Shown piece after piece: positions 25,240 to 38,409 of a stretch of DNA of 64,000 bases. This stretch comes from Eledone cirrhosa. Its lineage: Eukaryota. The DNA lies in contig OZ024742.1 of NCBI GenBank assembly GCA_964016885.1, positions 254,882,001 through 254,946,000 of the forward strand, given 5' to 3'. The notes under the pieces are model-generated. The model saw nothing but the letters and a program-made list of their open reading frames with translations, ran no database searches and was not told the origin of the DNA. The translations under genes and the position numbers were made by a program. Each line of letters starts with the position of its first letter. Position 1 is the stretch's first letter.

Positions 25240-27947
25240 ATATGATATATATATATATATATATACATACACATATATATGTGTGTGTGTGTGTGTGCGT
25301 GTGTGTGTTGAAAATGCACTTTAGATCTTAAGGAAGCTTTACAATAATTCACTTTACTGGGTTCATGATCTTTGCTGATTTTCAAAAGTGACAAGTAAAT
25401 ATGTGGAGCTTTGTCATAATTCCTCATGTTTATTTTGAATTTAAATTTTCTCCTTTTTACAGAGAGAACATGACTCAAATTTCTCTCTTTTAAGATATAA
25501 TTTGATTCGTTGAGGATGATCACCTGATTGTGCATAGAATATTTTTAGTCCGCCGCTACATCTGTGCATTCACAAAATCAAAGCTCTATATATTCAAAGT
25601 TAAGTGCGAGAATGTTTAGAAGTAGAATGAACAAGTTTTGCATGCATGTATGTAAGCATAAATTATTTTCTCTACTAAGTTTGTGCGTAGGTGGTGTGTG
25701 CGAAACAGTCATAAGTGTATCCAGAGTTGAGGTTGTCCACTGTGCAACTTCAACATGTTAAATGGCAGAATGTGTGTGCGTGTGAGAGAGAGAGAGAGAG
25801 AGAGTGAGAGAGTAGTTGCTAGCATATACAATTTCAATTACGGTTTGTATTTTTGTATAAATATATTTTCTTTATTCGTCTTTGATCTGTGGTAGAGCCT
25901 GAACAAAGGTAGAGTGGGAAGACTTGGAACATGAAATGAGGTAGCGAGAACACAGGAGTGGAGATAGTGGTGGATGTGTGTGTATGAGGGGTCAATACCA
26001 TAGGGTAGGAGAGGTTGATTTCACCTGTGCCATGAAGGGGAGAGTAGTGATGCAGGGGGTATGTGTGGTGTGTATAGGGATGAAGAGAGTGTGGTAGTGA
26101 GGGTATCGAAGAGTTTTAGAGGAGGATGAAGCTACGGAGCATTACTGGAGGAGCATGGCTGGAGTAAGGATATGGAGTGATGCTGGGGTTAGCTGCTAGA
26201 GAGTGCTATTGGAAGAGTTATGGGACATGGGTATAAAGTAGGTCACATTATATGGTTTTGGCTAGTTATTCACCAGCACAGCATAGCAGCAGCACTCCCG
26301 TTTTTTTATATATCTTTTGTGAGGTTTAGTTTTTAAAGATCAGTCTTCACAACATTGTCCCAAGTGTTCCTGCTTCTGCCTCTTCCATGAGCCCCAGTCA
26401 TGGGCGTTTCTCTACATTTTTAAGCAACTACTATATTCCATATTCATGACATGTACATACCAATGAAGTTTTATCCTTGCACATTACATCAAACTTCCCC
26501 TATGCATCACATCCATATGGATCACATGTCCATACCAACGCAGCCAAACACACAACATCCAATTCCTCTCGTGCAAATTTTTTTCTCTCAGTTTGCTTAT
26601 AATATGTCGTTCACTCATTTGCTGCTGCCCCCACTAAATCCCTTAGATGCTCTCTCTCTATGGTACCCTAATAGTTACTCTTTTCACCCCTATGTACTCT
26701 ACCACTACCCCTTCTTCTACACTCTTTAGCTATTCTCTCCATCACTACATTTCCCCTACCTGACACTGGAGACTGTTATCCTTCAACTCCAGGATATTGG
26801 CCAAACCATCCATTCCACCCATACCTTCACCACTATTTCTGCTTCTGTGTTCTCACCACCACATTCCCTTCCTAATGCTAGCAACAGTCACCACTTTCCA
26901 TTCCATACACATCACCCTATCAGATCACATCACACATACCACACATTTATGCTTATCTCCTTACTATCGTTCTCCCCCACAGAGAAGAGAGGGCTTTTCT
27001 GTTCGGACAAGGACCAAATTCCTCTCTAGTGTTGGTGCCACAAAAACGCACCCGGTACTCCCTGTAAGGTGGTTGGTGAAAGAAGGGTACCAAGCTGTAG
27101 AAACCATGCCTAAAAATAAGTTGATGAGTTGAGAGGACCCTTCAGCTGTGTCATGGTACGACAACTTCTCTAGTATTAGTGATCTACACAATAAACGCAC
27201 CCAGTGCATGATGTAAAGTGGTTGGTGATATGAAGGGCATCCAACCCTAGAAAGCTTGCTAAACAAAGGGATGGGAGGACACATCATTTGAGCCAAATAC
27301 ATTACAACCTCTGTTGTGCCCTCAGTAGGACATGAGGCTGTATGTAAGCGAGATGAAGCTCCGGCCCCAAGCCTGTCTGGGAGGTCAATAATGCCGCTTC
27401 GATGTGGACGTGGTCTACATAGACCATCCAAACGTTGCTAGCAAGGAATTCAGCTGTTATATGATGATGATGATATAAATGCGTATGTGTGTGTGAAAGT
27501 GTTTGTGTATGTGTGTGTGAAATTGTTTGTGCGTGTGAGAGAGAGGGAAAGAGAGAGAGAGTGTGTGTGTTAAAATGTTTGTGTTTGTGTATAATGACGA
27601 CGTTGGTTTAACGACGTGGATACTTTGAATAGTATAGTAGACTATGTTGGAATTAATGGAAAACATTTCGCCATTTTCCAACCGAAAAGTAATTTGATTT
27701 CAGATTTAAACTAGAGTTTAAGCTAAATTAATTCGTGTACTTGTCACTTTTGGCAAAACGTTTTATTTATGAAATACCTTCTGGGAGTAAAAAGTATGTC
27801 TTTTATTGCTCCTACATCCATAATCTTTTCTAAATAAGTAACATATATTTCAGTTGATTATTTTCAATGAAATTCAATTGACATATGATATTTTCCCAAT
27901 AGAATGGGAATTATAGTAAGTGTAATTCATATGTATATGCATGAATG

Positions 27948-28302
27948 ATATAGTATTAAATACATCGAAGGCTATATGCGGTTGTATTCAGGTTTATTCT
28001 CCTCTTCATGATACATATTTCGTTGAGGTCAACAGCAAGGTAGTTCTCTTCCTACCCACTCCATCGGTCTGAGCTGAATATTTTTGAAGGAATTCTTAAA
28101 AGGTTTTTTTAATGAACTTCAAAAGATTGTTTGAGCTGTGTGAAATTGTTTAAATATTTTTATACCATCTGACGAGCTCGGGCCGATGGAATGAGTACAA
28201 AGAGAACTACCCAGCCATTGACCTCAGCGACATAAGTGTAATGGTGATGAAAATAAACCTGAATACAGCTGCATATAGTCTTCGATATATTCAATACTCT
28301 AT
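27948..28302. repeat. Old imperfect inverted repeat (27948-28075 / 28176-28302)
   Basis: Diverged arms; CTGACGA lies at the inner edge of the right arm. Confidence 0.75.
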
Positions 28303-28615
28303 AATGCTCCAGCTTGTACCATTTATACATGTTGCTGAGTGCTTCATTTTATCTGCATCATAGCCAAACAACTAGAATGTGGATTACAAATCCCTGGTCG
28401 GTTAACGCCATGTGCCGAGGTTAACTTTGCCTTTCATCCTTACAGAGTCGATAAAATAAATACCAGTAATGTACTGGGTATTTGCTGGCCTTGTGCCAAA
28501 AGTAGAAACAATTAATATATATAGTGTGTGTGTGTATATACACACACACACACTCATGCACACACACACACATACACACACATACGTATATATATATATA
28601 TATATGTATATATAT

Positions 28616-28796
28616 TTAATATAGAAATGGCTTCTACACGTCTAGAACTGTTTCATTCAAAGGAGATCATCCTGATGATTTCCTTCAGAATGAATCTGTT
28701 CTAGTCCTGTAGAAGCCATTTCTATATTAAAGATTTATACTCTGCTATGTATTGAGTCCCTTACTTACTGTGGTTACACCCGATTAAACCTGGGAT

Positions 28797-28797
<1 letters not shown>
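28616..28797. mobile_element. Fold-back hammerhead element, decayed sister of 36143-36345
   Basis: About 55-bp arms meeting at ATCATC/CTGATGA; same 3' tail TTTATACTCTGCTATGTATTGAGT.CCTTACTTACTGTGGTTAC. Confidence 0.8.
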
Positions 28798-28858
<61 letters not shown>

Positions 28859-28859
28859 A

Positions 28860-31800
28860 CTAGCAGAAGCACCTCTCAATACCCGGGCATTTTATGAAAG
28901 TAACAATATATTTTGGCACATATTACAAATTATTTGACCAATAAAATAGTATAACTATATTTTCGCTAAAAAAGGAATTATAGTAGAATATTCATTGTCG
29001 CTTGTTCAATGCAAATCATCTAGATACAAATATAATAAGTTTTGTCCTGTAGTGTTGAATACTACACCATTTTACAGTCTGCATGTATAATGCTTCGCTC
29101 ATAGGCGAATTACTAGGTATCTTGTCAGTGAAAAGGTAAGGAGCAAAAAATAAATTTGGAATTTTTTATTTATATTCTTTATTTATTTATTTTTTTTTTT
29201 GGCACAATCAGAATCTCTGAAATTCAAATCAAAACACCTGAAGTCTATTTTGAAAACCATAAATAAAAAATCAAGTTAGCATTGGCTCATGAATGGACTA
29301 TTATGAAGCATTTACTTACACATTTCTGTAATTCAGGAAAGTGTGTTTAAATTTTTTACACAGTAGCTTTCACCTCCCTTTGCATCGAAGGAAGTAGGTT
29401 GTGTTTGAGAAAAATTTGCTTTCTATTTCTATCAGGTTTACAACTATTATAGTGAATCCCGTGAAATACATACATACAAATAAATTAGATACATATATTG
29501 ATACACACACACACACAGGTGTGTGTGTTTGTATGTGTGTAAGACAGTTGGTTGTGATTTAAGGGGGATTTTGCTTATATTGCTAGTAGATTGAGCTATC
29601 ACATAGAAACTTTCCTTTTTACTTCGTGCATATATACATACATGAGACAAATGAAACAGTAGGGTAGGTTTTGAAAGAAATTTGGCTTCTATTTCTAACA
29701 GGTCTAGCTACAACACAAAGGTCTCACTTATACTACTTTATATAAAAATGTACACAGGGATGCCAGCATATTCTCCCAAAGTAACACTATGCAGTAAAAT
29801 TGGGACTTCAGAATACCTTACAGATTATAAGAAATTAGGATCTGCGTGTATTTTTATTGAAGTAGGATTTGCATTATTGTCTAGTTCATATATTTGTTCA
29901 TTCTAAAGTCTCTGGATAAACAGCATTCTTGGGTTTGCCCTGTGGTGCTACAATGAAAAGAGACTCACAGTTTCCAGCTGTTGTAATACCAACATAAAGC
30001 TGACCATGTCAAAAGACAGGATCTGCCAGGTTCAATTCAATGATTTTCAATGATTGCTTTTGAGAATTATTGATGGCCATGGCAAAACTGAGTCTGATAG
30101 GAAATTAAAGCCTTTGAAATTCAAATGGCAAATCAATTAGCTTCACAGGTATTCTGGGAATGAAACAACTGTCAGCAATTTTGCTGACATGATTGCGACT
30201 TCTAGGACATTGGGCATCATATTTTTAATGATGAGTCTTTTGCCATTGCAACGTTTTGGGGGATCCAGATTATGAAGTAACATAACCGATGCTCCAAGCT
30301 TCAGTATCAGGTTGTGTGGAGGAAGTCCTGCTAGTTCAAGACTATTCAAAAATTCAGTTGGATAGTTTACAACCTGTTTTCGGAAGTAATTGTGTCAATT
30401 GATTTGTAGCATATTTTCTCTCCCAGTGACATGTCCAGCAGCCTTCTGTTGGTTTCTTTCACAGAAACATTTTTTTAGTGCTACAATTCCCATGCACAGA
30501 GACATTTGGGATCACATTGTCTGATCTGAATGTTTGGAAACACTCTGGCAATCAGTTCTTGTTGTTTCAATATGACCAAATGACAACTGAATCTGGTCAT
30601 TGGAGTCCTTTTCAAGAAGTTCATTTCCCAGTTTAATTAGCAGTATAGAAAACTCACTGATACCTTTGTCATTAGTCAAATCCACTCGCATATTGGTTGT
30701 AAGGCTCAGTCGCTGAAAGTGGGGCCAGAGAGAGGATGTTTTCAGACAGGCATTGACTTGATGAGCTCGGATCTCTCAAACAATTATAGGCAGGTTGCCT
30801 GAAATCACTAGCAAGAACCATTGTCACTCCTCTCATTATTCAAGTATTCTCTCTCAGGTCCCTTATTGTTTGGTCCAAGGCTTCAATTGCTTGTGTATGG
30901 CTCATGGTGGCTTCATCATAAATTATCATCTTGCATGTTTTCAGGAGCTTGCCATTGAGTGAGTTCTTCTTCATGCGGCAAAAAGATTGCTCATGCTGTG
31001 TGAGATCTATGGGCCGTTTAAACATGAAATGTGCAGTTCTTCCTCCATCCAGAAGTATTGCTACAATACCACTTGAAGCCACAGCATGGGCAATATTTTG
31101 ATTTTGGCAAACTTTTGCAAGCAGAAGGTTTATTAGGAATGTCTTACCTGTGCCAGCAGGAGCATCAATTCAATGAGGAAAAGTCCTCCACTGTCATTTT
31201 GAATGTTTTCATTGATGTTGTGTTAGGCGTGTTTCTGTTCATCCACCAATCAAGGTTCATTTTCATCTAGAAAATTACGCAAGGCCTGAATATCATAGTT
31301 TGTCTCCTGAGAGATTTCTTGCGCTACGTCCATTTCTTCATCTGGCTCTGGCATTCTACAGTTAGATAATGTGCTATTCATTACCTGAACCAGGTGGAAC
31401 AAGGAGCAGAGATTGTAAATATTAGAGAAATATTCCATATATATATATACATTGTCATGATGTCTTCGGGTTAGGTGTAGCTAGTCGTCCGACATATTGT
31501 TTTAGTTCTCCCATCAGAGTAGATGAGCTTTGTCAATTCCACATGCTGTGAGCATAATATTTGACTGGCTATTCAAGTGTCTGCTACCTCTAAAGTCTTC
31601 TTCCAACGTCCATTGTCATACAGTAGTCCATACTGTTTACATGCTTCTTGGAGTGATGTGCACACCCTTCCTCCAAAGCACCTGAGCTTCTCAAATGATG
31701 TTTGTTCTCGAACATTATGCAGAAGTAGCCGCAGATAAAGACCCTCTCTGTTGTTGTAAACATGACCAATAGCATCACTTGCCTTGACTTCATGACCTTC

Positions 31801-32992
31801 CACTAAATCACACTGCTTCCTTCAGTTCTAGGTCTTGCAATTTGTTCAGTTGTATGTTGGGATGTCAGCATACAGGATATTTGGAGAAAATCCATCATTC
31901 TGGCAGAGTTTAAAAAAAGCAGTTAGAGTTGTGACGAGTGGTGCTTGTGCTATCTGATGAGCAGTAGTCTCAGTGAAGAACACTCTCTGTATATTATCCA
32001 GATCGACTGCTAGGCTGACCACACTTGGGTGGTGATGGTGGCTATCAACTCCAAAGATCTGCTAGAGAGCCTCGTTGCTTGATATGTATTGACCTGTCTG
32101 ATACTGTTTGACCTCATCCAGCCTACCACCATTGAGCTTCTTGTCAACAACAAAGGTAGCCATGTCACTGCCCTTGATATATTCTATGACATGTAGTACT
32201 GCTTTCATGGAGCTGCAATACGCAATATTGAGCTTTTAGGTGTCTGCACAACATCGATTGCCTATGGTCAGGTCCTCTTCTCAAGCTGTTAGGTTTACAG
32301 TATTGCTTCCATGTTCTAGTCTATGCCTACGATAAAGGGAATATCCATCAGCTTCAGTCTAAGTTTCCTGAATAAATGCTCTATGATAATTTCTGCTGCA
32401 TTTTTGATGTTGCATGCAGGGTGAGACTAGATTGATAAAAAAAAATATATATATTTTTCTACAGAAAACAGTTGCCCCTGCTTCAGTTGTTTATTCTCCC
32501 ATTGCCACTTTAGCTGTATGAGTATTTGATCTATATCTCTTTCTCTTTCTCTCAATTTTATCAAATGCATCTCTCACATTTTTCTATTTTCTTCCATCTT
32601 TTCTCTCTCCCATCACTTTCTCACTCTCTCGTCATTTCTCTCTTCATTTTTTATCTCTCCCATCTTTTCTCTCCTTTCTTTCTTTATCTCTACTAGACAC
32701 TCTCTTCTTTCTTTCTTTCTTTCTTTCTTTCTCTGTCTCTCTCTCTCTCGCTCTCATTACCTTATTTTTCTCTACAGAATCTAGAAAGATAAAATAAAAT
32801 AGCCAGCTTTTTCAATATGCATACTGAAATATTTACAAGTGAATTTAAATGGAGTGCTTGCTTTGTAAAAGAAAACAATTGTTACCATTATGATGTAGTG
32901 AATATATATATGTATTTTTGTGGGTGTACATTTGCTAGTTTCTGAGTTTTAGGCAGATGCACAGAATCAAGAACTTTCATTTATATATAAGA
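28860..32992 (-). mobile_element. Helitron with decayed Rep/PIF1 helicase and both termini
   Basis: Minus-strand motifs ASSGIVAILLDGGRTAH, IIYDEATM, GLPPHNLILKLG...CNG, YLRLLLHNV; 5' TC at 32992, 3' hairpin plus CTAG at 28860, inserted between A and T. Confidence 0.85.
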
Positions 32993-33000
32993 TATACACG

Positions 33001-33965
33001 TTAAGACCGGCTGTCCATGGGAGCTTCTGTATACTGACCACCTGGTTTTTATAGTTGCATCTGTGGAACATCTGGACATTCCAGCTTTATAATTAAATCT
33101 TAGAGTCAAAAGCATTTATGAGGGAAGAAACGAATGTAGTGATAAGCACGAAAGAAGACAAGACTCTGGTTTCATCAAGGAGGTGGCCTTGCTTTATATG
33201 TAGAAAAGGACTTGGTAGAAACTCTTGGCTACACAAGAGTTGCATTGTGATAACTGGCAGACTAACAGAAAAGGTAGACCTTTTATGTGGCAGATGCACT
33301 GGGTTAGGTAGTAGGAGTAGCATCAGTGAAATAAACTTTCCATAGAAGTAGCTGTAGCTTCTTCTACCAACATAATCTAATAAGTTGTGGATTAAGTAGC
33401 ACTGAGTGTTTAATGGCTAAAATAAGAACATGATAGAAAAAGTTCAGGAAGCTACTACCATTGTTGAAAACAAAAGGATTTTCTCTACAAACAAAAGGCC
33501 AGCTGTAGGATGCCTGTGTGGGAAGTGCAATTGTGTATAGCATTGAAACATTCACAATAAATGCAGAGGATCTGTGAAAGCTGGAAAGAACTGAATCAAG
33601 CATGCTCTGATGGATGTGCAATGTTGGTGTATGTGAACACCAAAGCATGGATGAGCTGATAGAAAAACCGAATATAAGAGGAATCGGATGTAATGTGCAA
33701 GAGAGAAGACTGTGCAGGTATAGACATGGGATGCAGGGGATGATGGTTGCTGGGTGAAGAAGTGCCAAGAAATCCCAGCACAAAGAATCTGCAGTAGTGG
33801 AAGACCAAAGAAGGCTTGGACAGAGGTTGTGGGAACTGGTTTCAAATTGCTGAGTCTCATAGAAGAGGTGACATGGACCACAAGAAATGAAGGTGTGCTG
33901 TGCTGGAAAAGACCATCCAACCCATGCAAGCGTGTAAAAACAGAGGTAAAATGATGATAATCATT
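33001..33965 (+). mobile_element. 5'-truncated decayed RTE LINE
   Basis: GCPWELLYTD, WPCFICRKG, GRPKKAW and a GAT tail; same family as 38410-40590. Confidence 0.85.
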
Positions 33966-35057
33966 ATGATATATATAAATATAGGGCAGGTATAGTATAC
34001 ATATGTAGATAAATAGATAGAGAAACAGATAAATAAATAGATAGATAGACAGACAGACAGGCAGACAGATAAATAGATAGATCAGCCATATTTCCCTCAA
34101 ATAACACTACTTTCTAAGAAATACAGCATGTATTGGAGAATAGAAGTATGCTGGAAACCCGGTGTCTTATGCTCAGGGATTTGAAAGGGCCATTACATTC
34201 AATGGACCAAAAGTGAGATGAGCGGAGGTGTGGGCATGCTTTCCACAAGTTATAACGCTAATCTGCAATACAGTTGATAGGTTGCTATTTATTAATCTTT
34301 CATCAAAAATTAGTATGCATATAATTGTAAATGGAATATGTGAATTATTACAAAATGTAGGGAAACAAATTTTTCCATTTCATATTTTCCTTAATTTCGT
34401 TTTAACCTTAGATAAATTCACTTTTATCTTTTTTCAGTTTTGATAAATTTTGTTTTTTCATTTTATTGTATTTCATGGGTTAATTGCAGTAAATGGTACT
34501 ATGGATATTATCAAAACAGGGAAACAAATTATTTCTGTTATGGAATGTATATAAGTAGTTTATGGGCCACGCATTTGAGACAGTTGCTTTAAAGACTAGC
34601 TTAATAATGTGAAACTTAGCTGCACTACTAAAGTACTCCAAATTCTTTATTATTTTCAAAATTATTTACAAATCATATGGTAAGGGAAAAGCTAAAATGG
34701 CAAACACTTAATCACCTGTTGAAATTCATTTGAACAAAACAGCAAGACTTTGTTAGGTCTGGGACATTTTAAAAGTGCTGTCAGCCTACATCGTCTTCCT
34801 GTTACCACTTGTCGTGTCTATTACACCTTGCCACTTGTCCATGAATTGTCAAGGAAACTGCACACTGAGATGCTGCTATTTCATTTGTCATGATCCCACT
34901 TCTCTCTCTCTCTCTCTCTCGCTCTTTCTCTCGCTCTCTCTCTCTCTCTTTATATATATATATATTTGTCTACTACACTCCCTCTCAGATATCCACATGT
35001 CTCTCATTCTTTCTATATCTGTATCTATCTATATCTTTCACTATCTTCGATGTTCCT

Positions 35058-35140
<83 letters not shown>

Positions 35141-35258
35141 CATGCTAGCATGGAAGATAGACGTTAAACGATGATGATGATAGTGATTTATAGTAATAAT
35201 AAATGTGAAGACTAAAATCCAAAGAAGGCTTAAAGATTATATATATCTTCTGAAAAAC

Positions 35259-35309
35259 AGTTTCAGAAGATCCCGTTAAGGGTGAAAGCAGTGATTCTTT
35301 GCTTAAACT
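35259..35309 (+). ncRNA. Hammerhead-like motif, U4A variant (copy 2)
   Basis: AGTTT-CAGAAGA-T-CCC-GTTAA-GGG-T-GAA-AGCAG-TGATTCT-TTGCT-T-AAACT. Confidence 0.65.
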
Positions 35310-35329
35310 TTAATCTATTCTTATAATAA

Positions 35330-35373
<44 letters not shown>

Positions 35374-35481
35374 AATTAATATATCTACCGACATAAGTAT
35401 ACAGATGCATACCTACGCTAGCAGATATATATGTTTTGTCTTAGTAACGTTGTAGTTCTATGCAGGGGAATGCAGAACAAT

Positions 35482-36068
35482 TATATGAAAGACGTAAATA
35501 AGAAAGTTATGAAAATTGACTTACTTACTAAAATTTCACTCCAACTAATTAGTTTCTGTAAGGGGATAAATACAGTTATGTAATACCTGTAGAGAAGCCT
35601 TACGTCATCAGGGAGTCTATTCTCAGCTAAGCCACCAGGCAATGCGGGGACACTGGAACCTTATATAACAATAATTCAGTGGATGGAAAAAAGCGAAAAG
35701 ATTATATATATCTTCTGAAACACAGTTTCAGAAGATCCCGTTAAGGGTGAAAGCAGTGATTCTTTGCTTAAACTTTAATCTATTCTTATAATAAATATAA
35801 ACACTTGACCAAGAAGGCAGCGAATTTTTCAGTGGCTTAGAATCTAGCCCCGCTCGATTTTTTCGATTTTTTCCATCCACTGAATTATTGTTATATAAGC
35901 TTCCAGTGTCCCCGCATTGCCTGGTGGCTTAGCTGAGAATAGACTCCCTGATGACGTAAGGCTTCTCTACAGGTATTACATAACTGTATTTATCCCCTTA
36001 CAGAAACTAATTAGTTGGAGTGAAATTTTAGTAAGTAAGTCAATTTTCATAACTTTCTTATTTACGTC

Positions 36069-36078
<10 letters not shown>
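35482..36078. repeat. Near-perfect inverted repeat, about 210-bp arms (35482-35692 / 35867-36078)
   Basis: Arms are almost identical reverse complements; the spacer holds a hammerhead-like element duplicated from 35232-35340. Confidence 0.9.
35724..35774 (+). ncRNA. Hammerhead-like motif, U4A variant (copy 3)
   Basis: Same sequence as 35259-35309. Confidence 0.65.
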
Positions 36079-36146
<68 letters not shown>

Positions 36147-36159
36147 TTAATATAGATGA

Positions 36160-36208
36160 GATTCTACAGGACTAGAACTGTTTCATTCATTAGAAATCAT
36201 CAGGAATC
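36160..36208 (-). ncRNA. Type I hammerhead ribozyme (left arm of palindrome)
   Basis: Exact reverse complement of 36213-36261. Confidence 0.8.
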
Positions 36209-36212
36209 TCCT

Positions 36213-36261
36213 GATTCCTGATGATTTCTAATGAATGAAACAGTTCTAGTCCTGTAGAATC
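36213..36261 (+). ncRNA. Type I hammerhead ribozyme (right arm of palindrome)
   Basis: GATTC-CTGATGA-T-TTC-TAAT-GAA-T-GAA-ACAG-TTCTAGTC-CTGT-A-GAATC; predicted cleavage after 36256. Confidence 0.8.
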
Positions 36262-36344
36262 TCATCTATATTAAAACTTTTATACTCTGCTATGTATTGA
36301 GTACCTTACTTACTGTGGTTACCTCCGATTCAACCCGGAATAAC

Positions 36345-36382
<38 letters not shown>

Positions 36383-36848
36383 GCGTTAATTTATAATACT
36401 GCATTGATTGAAAGTTTAAGAATTAAATTAGAGCTTTCACCGTACTTTGACTACAGAAAATGGTCTAATAACAGGTCATAGAAGTCCCCATAATGGAAAA
36501 ATATGGGTATCCGGATGTGCTGATGTCCATTTTCTATATATTTCTCTTTCTCTTTCTTTCTCTCACACACATACACACATTCTCTCTCTCTCTACTTAAC
36601 CCTGATCCGCCCCACCCGAAATTGAAAGCTGTTAGATTAACAATGAAATTACATCAAACATCCGTACACAACAACATGGTTTTTATTCATCATCATCATC
36701 ATCTTCACTGTTATCATCAACAACTAAGGAGTATTTTATTGGAGTATGGCTGGGGATACTTATCATTAAAACACCCAAAACCTCCTCTGAGATATAACCT
36801 CATAGGGGGCCAGTTAAATCTACATGCACACACACACACATACACACA

Positions 36849-36903
<55 letters not shown>

Positions 36904-37529
36904 CAAAGAGGGTGTGGTAAGATACCAGGAAAACCATAACGCACCAGAGTACTCAATACTTAGGGTAGTAGAGTGGGAAATAGGAAAAGAGTCAGGACCG
37001 ACAACAACGGGTGAGTTCCAGCCGTTTCGACAGGTAGATCCATATATAGCTGTCGAAACGGTCGTAATTGGAAACTTTTAGGTTTATTTACAATAATGTA
37101 AGACTTCACCGGTTTCAGAAATGTCATGTTTGTCAAAAGTTATCAGTGGTGGAGAAATGTGTGGCTAACCCAACATATGTAAATTATAAAGAGTCAGGAC
37201 CCGACGGCTCAGATCTTGTTGTTTCAACAGTCAATACCAGACTGATTGCCAAAGGCCTTGGCAGTTAGCTGGCTGTGCCATCCGGTGTGTGGTTTGTCCA
37301 AATAAGGGCATACTTTGTTTATCCACTTGTAAATTCTCTTCATATAAGTGTTGATTTTTATGGTTACGGTGTGTATGTGTGTGTCTGCCCACAGGCACGG
37401 TTATCGCAAGCTTCGGTCAACAGGTCTATAGATTTGGGGTCAGACCTAGCCGCAGATCTACCTAATCAAAGAATAGGCCAAATTCACCGAATGGCAAATA
37501 TATGTCAACAAAATAACAACTTATTTGTT

Positions 37530-38065
37530 AGTTATCTCAAAAAACAAGGTGCAACTAACCAGTTCATCAATGCACACACGCACATAATAACACAACGTAA
37601 GTGGGGGTCTGTAGCGTGATGATGGTCTTTTAACTATGACTAACTGCAAACCCCGGGCTATCGATAGGTTTAGAAAAGAGCTTATTGCTTCTTTAAAGGC
37701 TTCAACCATACCATTCATGTTGAGGCCAACCTTTCTGAGGTCAATTTCCTAGATGTGATACTCAATAAGTCGAACAACTTGTACTACCCGTAGAGAAATC
37801 CTAATGACAAGTTAAATTATATTAGTAACCATTCAAACCATCCAGCCAGCATAACTAAAAATCTAATCAAAAATGTCTCCTTGAGGCTTTCTCATTTATC
37901 AGCTAACGAGCTTATCTTCACCAATCATTCTACATATTACAATGAAGCTCTAGCTTGGAGCGAATTTCTAGATAAAGTAGCATACATGCAGTACGAGCAA
38001 AATCCGAAGAAAAATAGATCCAGACGCATTATATACTAACCCACCATATAATATGGAACTGGCCA
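37530..38065 (+). pseudogene. Naiad-type PLE reverse transcriptase fragment
   Basis: GGL*RDDGL (GLYRDDGL), VNFLDVILN...P*RNPND..NYISNHSNHPASI, YYNEAL. Confidence 0.85.
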
Positions 38066-38093
38066 CACATATAGCTATATAGATATATATATA

Positions 38094-38317
38094 TAATTAC
38101 ATACTAAACAACACAGTATGATTATATCATACCGAAAATATCAAGAATCAAGGAATTAGATGATTCTTGCAAGGAACATCCAGTTCCTTGCAATAATTAG
38201 CTAATTATTTCGTCTGACGAACGAATTGGATGTTCCTTGCAAGAATCATCTAGTTTCTTGATTCTTGATAACCTTCGGTAATGAAATAATTATATTGTGT
38301 TGTTTATTAGGTAATTA
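38094..38317. repeat. Imperfect fold-back (38094-38185 / 38222-38317) with hammerhead-like fragments at the centre
   Basis: Centre has CTGACGA (+) and CGAAA-TAATTAGCTAATTA-TT (-) with a palindromic stem. Confidence 0.75.
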
Positions 38318-38409
38318 GATTGCTCAATACATTACCGAGAGCACTTTTTTCCCTTTACCTTTTCTACGAAAATACTTAACATATATATACATATATATGC
38401 ATGCATAGA

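Noticed and set aside
27355-27400. Twister-like CCGGCCCCAAGCC string
   Set aside because: No matching P1/P2 or GGAGGG pseudoknot partner found.
35945-35975. CTGATGA as a hammerhead core
   Set aside because: No GAAA or stem III at a suitable distance.
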